DNA from: Blautia sp.
GTDB taxonomy: Bacteria > Bacillota > Clostridia > Lachnospirales > Lachnospiraceae
Direction: 5' to 3'
Length of the DNA stretch: 64,000 bases
Assembly (NCBI GenBank): GCA_017459635.1
Contig: JAFUCO010000066.1
Span: forward strand, 4,797 to 68,796
Made by a program: the position numbers and the translations under genes. A model generated the notes under the pieces. The model was not told the DNA's origin, ran no database searches, and saw nothing but the letters and a program-made list of their open reading frames with translations. Positions 8,504 through 19,553 of this stretch are shown here, in pieces. Position 1 is the stretch's first letter. Every line of letters starts with the position of its first letter.

Positions 8504-8669
8504 TTATGAGCCGATCAGGATGAATCGGATGACTCTTTCTATTGTATCTTGCAGGATTTTTATATCCGCCTCTGTGTTTCCGGTTTCAAGCGAGTGATTC
8601 GCTTTTTCTGTGAGAAAGAGTGGAATATTCTGTCTTTGGCAGACGGTCCGGATTTCGGCTGTTTCTGCC
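8504..8669 (-). pseudogene. Orphan 3' fragment of an alpha/beta hydrolase gene, paralogous to the 3' end of 24912-25511
   Basis: Translates AETAEIRTVCQRQNIPLFLTEKANHSLETGNTEADIKILQDTIERVIRFILIGS* versus ADTDEIRTACEKQDIPLFLTEHANHSLETGNVETDIKILQDTIERVRRFIMRQE*; no start. Confidence 0.85.
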
Positions 8670-8674
8670 TAAAG

Positions 8675-8835
8675 ATTCACGGCCGTAAGGAAATTTTTTC
8701 CGTCATGCTTGCATGAGCAGAACAGAGCTGAGTAGATTTCCTTACAGGGCCTGAGGGCTCCATTCGGAATCTCGCCCTTACGGGCTTCATCGCCTCTTCG
8801 CGGCTGGATTCCTCATGAAGGGCTCAGACCCTGCA
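8675..8835. repeat. Structured intergenic repeat, family B (~160 bp, MITE/REPIN-like)
   Basis: Shares ctgag..ctccattcggaatctcgccctt.cgggcttca...gattcctcatgaagggctcagaccctg with 54860-55030; partial copies near 25840, 32090 and 45970. Confidence 0.8.
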
Positions 8836-8839
8836 TGGA

Positions 8840-11527
8840 TTATTCATAGAATGCGCTCCAGTGATAGCGGCCGCTTCCGACCTCCTGCCTGCAGCCGCAG
8901 AATCCCACCTCCGCCGATACATTCGGCGGGATGACCACGGAAAGAGAAGCATTCTCTCCCTGGATCTCCCAGGATACTTCGATCCTGCCATGGATCGTTT
9001 CGATGCATCCCTGTACCCATTTCATGCCGCAGGTGAGATCCGGCGCAATCCGCACCTTTCCATATCCCGGCTTTGCGATCTGAATTCCCAGGATCCTTCT
9101 GTAAATAAAGTCCGCGACACAGCCGAAAGCGAAATGATTATAGGAGGAATTGTTCCGGGTCCCATCCTCGGCAATGTTCATCCAGGATTCCCAGATCGTA
9201 TTGGCCCCCTTATTTACCTCATAGAGCCAGGAGGGGCATTTCTCCTGATACAGCAGTTTCCAGGCTTCCTCCGGCCTTCCGTTTTCATACAGCGCATCCA
9301 GCAGGAAAGGCATCGAGACAAAGCCGGTGTCCAGGCATCCATCGTTTTCATGGACCAGCTCTGCGAGCCGCTGTACCATTTCAGGAATCTGCTCCTCCGG
9401 GATCAGCTTCATCTGCAGGGCCAGCACATACATTCCCTGATAGTCCAGTTTCAGCCGTCCTTTTCCGACAATGTACTCAGAGGCGTATGCTTCCCGGATC
9501 TTTGCATTCAGGAAACGATAGTGTTCTTCTCTTTCTTTATCTCCCAGTATACCGGCAATCTCCGTCATCAGCGCCGTGGTGTAGGCAAAGATGGCCGGTG
9601 CCACCAGCTCCCTGGTCATTTCCGCTCCCTGCATGGGATCCGAAACGCCGTTCCGGCTGAGGCTCGGGATCAGCCAGTCGCCGAAGTGGAAACCGGTATT
9701 CCACAGATACTTCTGTCTCTCCTGCTCTTCCTCCGTCTGGATCTCTTTTCCCTCCGGAATTCCCGACGCAGCCCGTTTCTCCACATACTGCATCCACCGG
9801 TTCATCATTTCATAGTTTTCCCGCAGAATCTCCGGGTCACCGTAGGCCTGATACAGCCGCCAGGGGACGATCACACAGGCGTCCCCCCAGGCGGCGGAGC
9901 TGACTTCATCCCCTGTTATAAGCTGAGAAGCAGGGATATCCGGAACGGTATTCGGGATCTGTCCGTCCGGATACTGGGAAAGCCGGCAGTTTGCCAGCCA
10001 TTTCCGCAGAAATGCTTCCACATCCATCAGGATCGCCGCGGTCGGAGCATAAATCTGCATATCCCCGGTGAAGCCGCTTTTTTCCCTCTGCGGACAGTCG
10101 GTGGGAATATAAAGCATATTTCCCTGCTGGCTGCGGTAAATATTCTGCATCAGCCGGTTGATCTTTTCATGATCACAGAGAAACTCTCCGGTCCGTTCCA
10201 GATCACTTCCCAGCACATACACCTGGATATCCTCCTTCCGGAGATCGGAAAGCCCCGTGATCCGGACATATTGAAAGCCATGGAAGGTAAATCTCGGACG
10301 CCAGGAGAACTCGCCGTCCCGGTCAGCGATATAGGCATCGGTCTGGTTCTTGTTCTGTCCGATGATGTTCTTGAGGAAATTTCCTTCTTTGTCAAGCACC
10401 TCCGAGTACTCCATCGTGACCCTCGTACCTTTTAACGCCCGACCGGTGACGGAAAGAAAACCTGCGATGTTTTCCCCCGCATCCACCACGAGTTCCCCTT
10501 TGGGCGTACGGAATACCCTCTGCGGCTCATACACTCTCAGAAAAGCAGCCGGGTCATCCGCAGACCCCTTCAGCTTCTGATAACCGTACTCCTTCACCAG
10601 CACCGGCTTCCAGCCCGGATTCATATACCCCGGTTCCATCCAGCCAACGGGCTCCAAGGCCGGATCATATCCTTCCCCGACGAACAGATCCGCATACATC
10701 ACGGCTCCCGTTCCGGCCGTGAAGTTTTCATCCGTTCCGAAGATCTCCCGGGTACCGTCCTCATATTCGACCATTCCCTGGAAGAGCAATGCCGTCGTCG
10801 TCCCATATTGATTTCCGATCCCGAGAAGACCCATTTTCCCCCGGTACCAGCCATCCGCCAGGACAGCACCGATCACATTCGTCCCTTCCCGCAGCGCTTC
10901 CGTCACATCGTAGCCTTGTACGGACTGATAATCCTCATAGACCGTATATCCGGGGGCCAGCGGATCCCCCACCTCCTGTCCGTTGATAAACAAGGTATAA
11001 ACTCCATGGGCTGTTGCGAACAATCTGGCCTTACGGATCTTCCCCTTCAGTGTGATCTCCCTGCGGAAATACTGGGCCGGATTCATGGTTTCTTCCGGTC
11101 TGCTTCTCTCCGGGACCTGTCCGCTCATGATCTGCCGCATATCTGTACAGTCATCCTCCAGGCAAGGCAGAATATCCGCTTCGATCCACCGGGCTTTCCA
11201 GAGAGATACATCCAGAATGCCGGTGGTGAACCGGTTTACGTCTCCTTCGCAGGATTCTCCGTTCGAAGCAGTCACTGTGACCTGCCAGAAATAGTCCCGG
11301 GCCGAAAGGAGGAGTTCCCCTGTGTAAGGAATGTTGTGCTGCTCCTTCGAGAGCACCTTTCCCGTGTCCCAGATCACTCTCATGGATTCATCAAAGAGAA
11401 CGATCCGGAAGCTTTCCTGATCGACATTCCAGCCATCGCTGTACAGGCGCCAGGAAAAAGACGGTTTGTCCGTGAGAGAGCGGGGATATTTCTGTCCGCA
11501 GCATTTTTCGTCATAGATTTTCAGCAT
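8840..11527 (-). CDS. Alpha-L-rhamnosidase, glycoside hydrolase family 78
   Basis: FTFHGFQY, IPTDCPQREKSGFTGD, AAWGDA, HFGDW, TIWESW, SSYNHFAFG motifs; RBS before ATG 11527; no signal peptide. Confidence 0.92.
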   Translation of the reverse strand: MLKIYDEKCCGQKYPRSLTDKPSFSWRLYSDGWNVDQESFRIVLFDESMRVIWDTGKVLSKEQHNIPYTGELLLSARDYFWQVTVTASNGESCEGDVNRFTTGILDVSLWKARWIEADILPCLEDDCTDMRQIMSGQVPERSRPEETMNPAQYFRREITLKGKIRKARLFATAHGVYTLFINGQEVGDPLAPGYTVYEDYQSVQGYDVTEALREGTNVIGAVLADGWYRGKMGLLGIGNQYGTTTALLFQGMVEYEDGTREIFGTDENFTAGTGAVMYADLFVGEGYDPALEPVGWMEPGYMNPGWKPVLVKEYGYQKLKGSADDPAAFLRVYEPQRVFRTPKGELVVDAGENIAGFLSVTGRALKGTRVTMEYSEVLDKEGNFLKNIIGQNKNQTDAYIADRDGEFSWRPRFTFHGFQYVRITGLSDLRKEDIQVYVLGSDLERTGEFLCDHEKINRLMQNIYRSQQGNMLYIPTDCPQREKSGFTGDMQIYAPTAAILMDVEAFLRKWLANCRLSQYPDGQIPNTVPDIPASQLITGDEVSSAAWGDACVIVPWRLYQAYGDPEILRENYEMMNRWMQYVEKRAASGIPEGKEIQTEEEQERQKYLWNTGFHFGDWLIPSLSRNGVSDPMQGAEMTRELVAPAIFAYTTALMTEIAGILGDKEREEHYRFLNAKIREAYASEYIVGKGRLKLDYQGMYVLALQMKLIPEEQIPEMVQRLAELVHENDGCLDTGFVSMPFLLDALYENGRPEEAWKLLYQEKCPSWLYEVNKGANTIWESWMNIAEDGTRNNSSYNHFAFGCVADFIYRRILGIQIAKPGYGKVRIAPDLTCGMKWVQGCIETIHGRIEVSWEIQGENASLSVVIPPNVSAEVGFCGCRQEVGSGRYHWSAFYE

Positions 11528-11608
11528 TTGTTCGATCTCCTCTCCATGCAAAGCATCTCCCGGCGGCAGGACCGGGAGATGCTGGATACGGTTTCGGCTG
11601 GTTTTCGT

Positions 11609-14600
11609 TTACAGAACTGTTTTTTTGTATGTGACCAATGTGACACCGCCGGTGATGCCATAGTCTCTGACTTTGTACGAAATCTCGAAAAGCGGAGACG
11701 GCGCGGCGATCTCTCCTGATCCTTCCTGACTCTGCTCCATGTTGGCGTTGTTCGCATTCTCCGCCACCTGCATGGATATCTTCTGCCCTTCTTCATAATA
11801 GCCCCTAGCGATCAGACGATTATTAAGGGTTGAAGAAACTTCCAGACAGATCTCGTTTTCTCCCGGGCAGAGAAGCTCCGTCACATCAACCGTCAATGCA
11901 TCGATATCCACGGCCCTCGCTTTCTGTCCGTTCACATAGACGGCAGCGGAGCATTTGTTTGTCGAGCCGATCCGGAGATACGCACCGTCTCCGTCCCCCC
12001 ATGAGGCAGGCAGTTCGACCTTTGCCGTGTAGAAGCCCACACCGGAAACCTTTTCACCGACGGAGGGTATGTCCTTCCACGGTTTCAGCTCCGTCTCCCC
12101 GGCCGGGATCAGCGTCTTTTTCGTCTCATAATAGAACTCATGAGTGACGATCCCCAGTCCCCGATCCTCGATGATCTCTTTTTTCTCTCCTTCATTCCAG
12201 TCTTCCACTGAAAGATCCCAAACCGGGATCCCGATGTTCTCCGGGACTTCAACTGTGATCTCTTTTTTCGTCCCATCTGACAGGGCGAAGGTATAGGTCC
12301 CCGTCTGTTCCGGCATCGCGGCAAGATGTCCATTCTCCAGCACGACCCTGCAGTCCGCCGCCTCGGCGTGAAGAGCGCTCTCCTGCGCCTGATCCAGAAT
12401 ATACAGGGCTCCCTCACCCGGTGCCATGGTCACATCGAATTCGGTATACCCTTCCGACTCTGTGAAGCATCCGATCTCTTCCATTTCCGCGTTCCAGCAG
12501 TCTGCCTTGCACAGTCTCCCTGTACCTTTGATCCCGAGGCGGAAGCGGATCGGTTCCTCCTCCAGATACATCATATTATAGACAAATACGATCTTCCTGT
12601 CACCATCCTGCTGCATGTGCGTGAGGAGATTCCGGTTCGGAGCGTCATATTTCGTCTCCGGAAGGACGCCGGCTTCCTGCAGCACGGCGAGCGTTTCCTT
12701 CTGGGCATCCACCTCATACACATTCGGAAGATCCAGAAGCTCCTTCCGGATGGCTGCCAGTTCTGCGTCTCTGCCGTCATTGAACGGGGTCATTTCCGCA
12801 GCTTTCCTGTGGGTCACACTGACGCCCGGCCGGATCATCTCGGTACAGCCGTTGACCAGAAGGACCGGAAGGCCTTTCTTTGCCATCGCCAGGATCTTTA
12901 CGGCAGAATCTACGGGAAGCACGTTCTGATACAGGATCAGCGCCTTATAGCCCGGGCCTTCCGGAAGCAGCTCTCCGCCTTCAAAATCCACGAATTCTTC
13001 CTCCAGCAGCTGCGGTGCAAAGTAATCCCAGGTATATCCTGCGTTCTGCAGAGACATATCCTGCCAGTACATCGCCTGGTTGGCCCGCATCATGCCGCTT
13101 CCGTAGAACTCCTCTTCATCTCCTCCGATAAAGACCAGATTGTTGAAATTGTAGTCGAGACGAAGTATGGCCAGATCCATCCGCGGCTTGCCCTGACGGA
13201 GCAGCATCTGATACCGGGCGATTCCTTTGGTCCAGTCACCGTAATGCCGGAAGGCCGGCTGCCGGGATCCGAATCGTTCGGAGAAGACCGGCCACATTCC
13301 TTCATGTCCGGGCCAACAGGTGGAGGCTTCCGATCCCCGGATGGAAGCATAGCCGTGCAGTACGGTCTTCGTCACGCCGGCGGCGAACTGGGTGTAGATC
13401 ATCTGGGTGTAGAAATCCAGTCCCATCATGTAATTCTTCAGCGTAGCGCCTGTCTCGCTGGAATAGGTCCGGTTATAGACATGGGCAGCTCCCGCAAGCC
13501 CCCGGTAGGAATCGATCTGCGAAGCGAACTCCAGGGATTCTGTCTCGATCCCGTCCACATATTTGCCAGGCTGGGAGATCTCAAAGGGAAGGCCGTAGGA
13601 GATCTCGGACCGGAGCGTCATATTGTGGGTGTGAAGCCATTCCTGCATGGGCTTCATCATGTTCTCGCAGTACATGTCCGTCGTCGTCTGATACAGATCA
13701 TTCAGGAGCTTCTCCAGGAAGATCTTGTCCTCGCAGGTGTAGTAATATTCGTAAACCGGCTGCATCATGCCGGGCTTCTTCATTACCAGCGGAAGATACG
13801 GCGTCACGTCATATCCCCGGCGGGAACGAAATTCGTCGATATAGTTGAAGCCCCACAGCTGTCCGCCCCGGCCGAAGGTTCCAAGCTCCAGCGAATCCAT
13901 ATACATCATGCCCCGTCCGTTTTTCTCGAGGTTTTCCTTCATCTCCCCGACGATGACTACCTCATCCCAGTATTTGATAAAGGCATCGATCCCGTACCGG
14001 TCCATGTAATTGACCGTCCAGGAGGTGCTGCAGGAAGGCTCTGCCGTCTGGCCCGTTCCATGGATCGTGAAGGTGCACAGCAGGTACTCTCCGTCATCCG
14101 GAGCGGTCCACGTGAGTATTCCGTCGGAAACGCGGTTGGTGAGCACGAATGTGGACCGGGGATCAAGCACCTTCTGTCCCGCCTCCTCTCCGACGATGCG
14201 GGTGGCAGTGACTGCCAGAAGCTTCTGCCGGGTCACGCCGGGCATGAAAAGCTTCGGCATCTGCAGCTCCCCGTCCTTTTTTCCGCCTGCGGGAATGAGC
14301 TCTTCCGCAAAGTCGATCTCCTGGGCGGCTGCCGGGTCATCAGGATTGATCGTGATCAGGTTCGCATTGGACCAGTTGGTCCCGCAGGTCAAAGATACCC
14401 CCATCCCCAGTTTCGTCGTCTCTTCCACCAGGGTCTGCGAATCATGCACCCACTCTTCGGATCCCCAGCCATACAGCTTCGAGTCCGCTCCGGGATCTTC
14501 CATGGCCAGGAATTCTATGGCGCCGAAACCGGACTCCTTCAGTAATTCCACCTCATATTTCAGCGTTTCATCCGTATGAAGGCCTTCCGCAAGCCACCAG

Positions 14601-14656
14601 CGCACGTCCGGCCAGTATTTCATCTCCGGGTTCCTCAGGTTCTCAAGATCCAGCAT
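11609..14656 (-). CDS. Glycoside hydrolase family 106-like protein (putative alpha-L-rhamnosidase)
   Basis: PDVRWWL, GFGAIEF, WGSEEW, MDSLE, FRSRRGYD, ETESLEF, SSETGA, VLHGY; C-terminal sugar-binding-like domain; RBS aaggagg before ATG 14656. Confidence 0.78.
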   Translation of the reverse strand: MLDLENLRNPEMKYWPDVRWWLAEGLHTDETLKYEVELLKESGFGAIEFLAMEDPGADSKLYGWGSEEWVHDSQTLVEETTKLGMGVSLTCGTNWSNANLITINPDDPAAAQEIDFAEELIPAGGKKDGELQMPKLFMPGVTRQKLLAVTATRIVGEEAGQKVLDPRSTFVLTNRVSDGILTWTAPDDGEYLLCTFTIHGTGQTAEPSCSTSWTVNYMDRYGIDAFIKYWDEVVIVGEMKENLEKNGRGMMYMDSLELGTFGRGGQLWGFNYIDEFRSRRGYDVTPYLPLVMKKPGMMQPVYEYYYTCEDKIFLEKLLNDLYQTTTDMYCENMMKPMQEWLHTHNMTLRSEISYGLPFEISQPGKYVDGIETESLEFASQIDSYRGLAGAAHVYNRTYSSETGATLKNYMMGLDFYTQMIYTQFAAGVTKTVLHGYASIRGSEASTCWPGHEGMWPVFSERFGSRQPAFRHYGDWTKGIARYQMLLRQGKPRMDLAILRLDYNFNNLVFIGGDEEEFYGSGMMRANQAMYWQDMSLQNAGYTWDYFAPQLLEEEFVDFEGGELLPEGPGYKALILYQNVLPVDSAVKILAMAKKGLPVLLVNGCTEMIRPGVSVTHRKAAEMTPFNDGRDAELAAIRKELLDLPNVYEVDAQKETLAVLQEAGVLPETKYDAPNRNLLTHMQQDGDRKIVFVYNMMYLEEEPIRFRLGIKGTGRLCKADCWNAEMEEIGCFTESEGYTEFDVTMAPGEGALYILDQAQESALHAEAADCRVVLENGHLAAMPEQTGTYTFALSDGTKKEITVEVPENIGIPVWDLSVEDWNEGEKKEIIEDRGLGIVTHEFYYETKKTLIPAGETELKPWKDIPSVGEKVSGVGFYTAKVELPASWGDGDGAYLRIGSTNKCSAAVYVNGQKARAVDIDALTVDVTELLCPGENEICLEVSSTLNNRLIARGYYEEGQKISMQVAENANNANMEQSQEGSGEIAAPSPLFEISYKVRDYGITGGVTLVTYKKTVL

Positions 14657-14733
14657 ATATACCCTCCTTTTGAAAAGGGGACCGGAGAATGCTTTCCCCG
14701 GTCCCCGGTAGATTTGTTGTTGCGGATCGGCTG

Positions 14734-15705
14734 TCAGGCCGCTCCCGCATTTCTTCTGACTCCGCGTTTTCTGCGCCACTCGTTGATGTTTTCCATATTC
14801 TCCGACACGCCCAGAACGATGATCAGGAACAATCCCAGAATGATGTTCTGGATATTGTCGGTCCAGCCCATGGCGATGAACCCGTTGAACACGGTCTGGA
14901 TGACCACTTCTCCCACGAAGATCATCAGCGGCATGCAGTCGAAGATCTTGATCAGTTCCATGGCGATCAGAACGCCCATCATCGGTTTGAAAACCATGGA
15001 CATGGTGCTCATGGAAGTCATGGAAGTCACCGTTCCGGAGTAACAGATCTGAAGCACAGCTGCGAAGAAGCAGAAGATCCCGCTGACCGCAAAGGCTTTG
15101 AACTTCACGCTGTCCACGTCCGTCCCCATGTTTTTCAGCATGGCTTCGTCATTTCCCACCGCACTGATCAGGCAGCCCAGCTTCGTCTTATAACTGATAT
15201 AGTAAAAGAGCAGGGATGCGATCAGGCAGACCACCACGTTTTTCGGATAGGCTCCGATGGAGGAAAGGCTGCCCGGGATGTTGATCGTCGCACTGCCGCT
15301 TACCCAGCTGGCGAACCGGTCGCCGAAAGCCTCCAGAACCAGGACCACCCCCAGAGAAACCACCATCGAGGGGATCCTGAGAAAACGGTACAGTAAAGCG
15401 ATCACAATACCGCCCACCATAGCTCCTGCAAAGGAACCGATCAGAAGTCCCGGGATGCCCCAGGCATTCCCCAGCATGCCTCCGCAAAGCGCTCCGAAGA
15501 TCATCCGGGCGCCCGGCGAAAAGTCCATCAGACCGGCCGGCATGACGCAGGCCATTGCCAGTCCGAGCGTCGTCGGGATCATACTCTGGCTGATGATAAT
15601 CGGAACCGTATGGAATCCGAAACCGTCCGCCAGGAAAAAGAACACGAAGAACACAAGGAAGGGAAGTATACATATACCCGCTATTTTTGTAATCCTGCTG
15701 CTCAT
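14734..15705 (-). CDS. Sugar ABC transporter permease (RbsC/CUT2 type)
   Basis: Hydrophobic; MDFS, IPSMVVSLG, AVGND..GTDV motifs; operon context. Confidence 0.85.
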   Translation of the reverse strand: MSSRITKIAGICILPFLVFFVFFFLADGFGFHTVPIIISQSMIPTTLGLAMACVMPAGLMDFSPGARMIFGALCGGMLGNAWGIPGLLIGSFAGAMVGGIVIALLYRFLRIPSMVVSLGVVLVLEAFGDRFASWVSGSATINIPGSLSSIGAYPKNVVVCLIASLLFYYISYKTKLGCLISAVGNDEAMLKNMGTDVDSVKFKAFAVSGIFCFFAAVLQICYSGTVTSMTSMSTMSMVFKPMMGVLIAMELIKIFDCMPLMIFVGEVVIQTVFNGFIAMGWTDNIQNIILGLFLIIVLGVSENMENINEWRRKRGVRRNAGAA

Positions 15706-15723
15706 GCCAACCTCCTTTTATGA

Positions 15724-16824
15724 TCATCCGATGGTGTAGTTGTCTACGATCTCCTGAAGTGCTTCTTCATTCATATCCGGGTTGTTCCAGACCATCATGT
15801 TGTTGATCTCGTCATCGGAGAAGAACAGATAGGCCGGATTTCCGAGAACTTCCACATATTCCTTCGCATCTTCCACATTGTCGATGCCCAGAACCTTCAT
15901 TGCATTGGAGGTCACCGTGCTTCCATCCGCAGTGGTGAGCGGAGTTTCTTTGATGGCATTCACAAGCTTGATCAGGGCGATCTCCGGATCATAGGTCAGA
16001 CAGAAGGGACCGAAGGAGTATTTCAGGATCCCGCTCTCGAAATCTGCCACCATATCGTTCGGGAAGTCTACCGTTACCAGGCTCACGCTGTCTTCACGGC
16101 CTGCATCCTGGATCGCTTTGATGACTGCTTCATGCTCGCCGGTAACCGCGGAGCCCACCACAAAGATTGCATCCAGATCCGCGTTCGAAGCCAGGAAGGA
16201 CTCGGTAGCCTGTGTTGCGTCGGACGCCTGGGAGTGTCCACGGGATTCGCCTACGATCTCCATTCCGTACTCTTCACAGGCCTGGGCCAGACCTTCTTCA
16301 CGGGTATCACAGGTGGTGTCGCCCTTTGCCTGGGAAATGATGGCGATCTTCTTGTATCCCGCTTCACCCATCCACTTGCCGCAGTTGTATCCGGAGGCAT
16401 ATTCATCTTCGTAGCAGTTGCCGATGTAGTACGGAGATGCTTCCACCATTTCCTTGATGTCTGGATTGGTGATGGACCGCATGGAGATGCCCCAGTAAAC
16501 GCCTGCCTCCTCGCAGAGTGTGGTAACCGTGGGAAGGATGGAATCAGAGGGCGGGATGATGATCAGGCCGTCCACTCCGGCAGCCACCTGAGATTCCACG
16601 AAGGACAGCGTTCCGTCCGGTGTCAGGTCTGCCAGAGCATTGATGAACTCGCCGCCGGTCAGTTCTTCCAGCTGATCCATGTTGGTTCTCATGATCTCAA
16701 ACGAAGTGATGCCTGATTCCGGAAGAGGGATCGCCACCGTAAAATCTGCTGCGGAAACACTTCCCGCCAGCAAAAGGGCTGCTGCTGCCGCTGTTGTCAT
16801 TGTCGCCAGTACGTTCTTTTTCAT
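15724..16824 (-). CDS. Sugar ABC transporter substrate-binding protein (RbsB-like)
   Basis: Signal peptide; GVDGLII, REEG, LDAIF periplasmic-binding-protein type 1 motifs. Confidence 0.85.
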   Translation of the reverse strand: MKKNVLATMTTAAAAALLLAGSVSAADFTVAIPLPESGITSFEIMRTNMDQLEELTGGEFINALADLTPDGTLSFVESQVAAGVDGLIIIPPSDSILPTVTTLCEEAGVYWGISMRSITNPDIKEMVEASPYYIGNCYEDEYASGYNCGKWMGEAGYKKIAIISQAKGDTTCDTREEGLAQACEEYGMEIVGESRGHSQASDATQATESFLASNADLDAIFVVGSAVTGEHEAVIKAIQDAGREDSVSLVTVDFPNDMVADFESGILKYSFGPFCLTYDPEIALIKLVNAIKETPLTTADGSTVTSNAMKVLGIDNVEDAKEYVEVLGNPAYLFFSDDEINNMMVWNNPDMNEEALQEIVDNYTIG

Positions 16825-16845
16825 TGTTTTTACCTCCTGATGTTG

Positions 16846-17790
16846 TTATTTGATCACTTTCATGTTTTTTCGGTCAAAAGATACGCCCACAGCGACCAGG
16901 AAAATGAGTCCTTTGATCAGCTGCTGGTTGGTCGCACTGATCCGCAGCAATGTCATGCCGGTGACCAGAAACGAGATGGTCAGTGTTCCGAGAACCGCGC
17001 CGCGGAATTTGGTGGTCGGACCGCCGGTCAGCGGAACCGCTCCCATCAATGTGGCGCAGAGTGCATTGAACATCAGTGTACCGCCGGTGGAGTTCGTCGC
17101 CGAGCCGGTTCTGGCCAGGGAGACGAATCCCAGTATGCCGCAGATCCCGCCTACGATGATGTAGGTGATCAGTTTGATCCGGTCCGAATTGATACCGGTC
17201 TGCCGCACGGCCTCCGGGCAGGCGCCTACGGCCTTGGCCACCCGGCCGAATTTCGTCTTTTCCAGCAGGAGATACCCGAGGACTACCGTTGCGATCAGCA
17301 GAAAGATCTTCAGAGGATCCGTATACATCTTCAGCATTGTCAGCGGTGCCTGCAGGACCGAACCGTTCAGCAGGACCAGTACCAGTCCCTGAAGGATGAA
17401 CATCATACCCATGGTCGCGATCATGGACATGATATGTGTCTTGGTCACGATCAGACCGTTTACCAGTCCGATCACGATCCCTGTGAGGATCGCTGCCGGA
17501 ACCGCGACATAGATGTTCACCGCATTGGCCACGAGACAGCAGACCGCGCAGGAAACTCCCATGTTATACCCGATAGAGAAATCCATCTCTCCTTCCGCGC
17601 AGAGGAAGGTAAAACCGGCCGTCCCCATCAGTATGTACAATCCATCGTTCAGGGTGGATTTCAGCGCCGCCCTGGAGAACAGCTTTCCCTGTGTGAGAAT
17701 GGTGAACAGCACCAGGATCAGCGCAAGGCCGAGGAAGGGGAAGATGTTCTGGAAGCTGATCTTGTTTTGTTTCGTATCTGTTTTTGCCAC
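16846..17790 (-). CDS. Sugar ABC transporter permease (CUT2 type)
   Basis: MDFSIG, GLVNG, TKFGR..AVG, GAVLG motifs; GTG start. Confidence 0.88.
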   Translation of the reverse strand: MAKTDTKQNKISFQNIFPFLGLALILVLFTILTQGKLFSRAALKSTLNDGLYILMGTAGFTFLCAEGEMDFSIGYNMGVSCAVCCLVANAVNIYVAVPAAILTGIVIGLVNGLIVTKTHIMSMIATMGMMFILQGLVLVLLNGSVLQAPLTMLKMYTDPLKIFLLIATVVLGYLLLEKTKFGRVAKAVGACPEAVRQTGINSDRIKLITYIIVGGICGILGFVSLARTGSATNSTGGTLMFNALCATLMGAVPLTGGPTTKFRGAVLGTLTISFLVTGMTLLRISATNQQLIKGLIFLVAVGVSFDRKNMKVIK

Positions 17791-17805
17791 CTGTCTTCCC
17801 TCCTT

Positions 17806-19305
17806 TTACACCATATAATCGATGAGCATCAGCTCCGTCAGCTGCTGTTCCCTGGTAAATTCTCCGCTGATCTTTCCTTCCTTCAGGATGATCACGCGGT
17901 CGCTCATACCGATGACTTCCGCCAGCTCTTCGGAGATCATGATGATCGACTTTCCCTCTTCCCTGAGACGGATCATCAGCTGATAGATATTCGACTTGAC
18001 GCCGATGTCGATGCCCCGCGTCGGACAGTCCAGGATGAAAATGTCGGCCCCGAAGCCCAGCCATTTAGCCAGCGCAACCTTCTGTTTATTACCGCCGGAC
18101 AACTCCATCACATACTGATCGGTGTCCCGCATCTTGATCTCCAGTCCTTCGGAGCTTTCCTTGATGAACTGGTTCTCATCCTTTTTGAAAACGAAGGGAC
18201 CTTTTTTTATCTTGTCATAGGATGCCAGGCAGACATTGTCCTTGATGGAACAGGAAACCATCAGTGTCTCCTGATCCCGGTTTTTGGAGATATAGGCGAT
18301 CTTCTTGCTCATCGCCACCTGGGAATTTTTGATCACGGTTCCGTCTCCCGCCGTCACCTTTCCCAGATCCGGATCGGTCAGGCCGAAAGCCACATTGCCA
18401 AGGATATGCATTCCGCAGTCCCCGAGACCGCCGAATCCGAGGATCTCTCCTTTGTGCAGTTCAAAAGAAACGTCCTTAACATCCTTGCAGGATACATGAT
18501 CCATCCGCAGAACCACCTCCGGGTTCTTGCAGGATTCCATGTCCGTACGATAATAATGGTCGCTGACCTCGCGTCCCACCATCAGGCGGCGGAGAAGCGC
18601 CGGTTCGTAATCCTTCTTCTCGATCGTGTCGATGTAGATCCCGTCCCGGAGGATCGTGACCGTATCACAGACCTCCATGATCTCGTCCAGGTCATGGGAA
18701 ATGAAAATGACTGATTTTCCTTCGCTTTTCATTTTCTCCATGATCTTGTACAGAATGTCACGTCCGTTCCGGCTGAGAGCCGTGGTCGTCTCGTCCACTA
18801 CCAGGATCGTGGGATCATTGTACATGGCTCTGGCGACTTCTACCAGCTTTCTCTCTTCGAAGTTCAGAGAAGCGAGGGGCTTCTCTGCCCGTATATCGTC
18901 AGCACCGATCGTGTCCAAAGCCTTCTGCGCTTCACGAACCATCGCTTTCCCGTCGAGGAATCCGTGACGTACAAAGCGCTCTTCCTTGCCTACAAAGATA
19001 TTCTTTGCCACCGTCAGAAGATCAAAGGTTCCTTTTTCCTGCAGGATCATGGCGATTCCATGCTCCTGGGCTTCTACCGAATTCTTCGGTGCGTAGGGTT
19101 TTCCCTCCAGAAACATCTCTCCGGAGTCTGCCGGCTGCAGCGCGGCAATGATCGATGTTACCGTGGATTTTCCGGATCCGTTCTCTCCGATCAGGCCCAG
19201 GACCTGTCCCCTGCGAAGGCCGAAGCTGACATCCTGCAGCGCTTTTGTGATGCCGAAGCTTTTATACATATGCTCTACCTTCAGCAAAAGGTTTTCATCA
19301 CTCAT
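17806..19305 (-). CDS. Sugar ABC transporter ATP-binding protein (RbsA/MglA type, two ABC domains)
   Basis: GENGSGKST, LSGGNKQKV, PTRGIDIG. Confidence 0.93.
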   Translation of the reverse strand: MSDENLLLKVEHMYKSFGITKALQDVSFGLRRGQVLGLIGENGSGKSTVTSIIAALQPADSGEMFLEGKPYAPKNSVEAQEHGIAMILQEKGTFDLLTVAKNIFVGKEERFVRHGFLDGKAMVREAQKALDTIGADDIRAEKPLASLNFEERKLVEVARAMYNDPTILVVDETTTALSRNGRDILYKIMEKMKSEGKSVIFISHDLDEIMEVCDTVTILRDGIYIDTIEKKDYEPALLRRLMVGREVSDHYYRTDMESCKNPEVVLRMDHVSCKDVKDVSFELHKGEILGFGGLGDCGMHILGNVAFGLTDPDLGKVTAGDGTVIKNSQVAMSKKIAYISKNRDQETLMVSCSIKDNVCLASYDKIKKGPFVFKKDENQFIKESSEGLEIKMRDTDQYVMELSGGNKQKVALAKWLGFGADIFILDCPTRGIDIGVKSNIYQLMIRLREEGKSIIMISEELAEVIGMSDRVIILKEGKISGEFTREQQLTELMLIDYMV

Positions 19306-19553
19306 TCCGGTTTTTCCCTCCTTTGTTGTTGATGACCTTATTGTATCCCGGCAAAGGCGGGGAAAAAATTGAATATTTCACTACTTTGTTCAGTTTTTGT
19401 TTCTCTTTCTCTGCAGAAATCATCCGATCCATTCTCTTGACGCATCCCGTTCTTCAATGCTACACTGAAATAAAGAGAGCGAGCCGCCCGCATGCAGATC
19501 GTCCGGCTGACGCGCATCTCCCGTACAAATGGTTGCAGACAAGGAGGCCTCTG

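Noticed and set aside
8173-8597. Alternative ORFs over peptide 2 (8173-8376, 8228-8476, 8295-8597)
   Set aside because: No convincing RBS; frames stay open because of the 30-nt repeat and run through palindromes.
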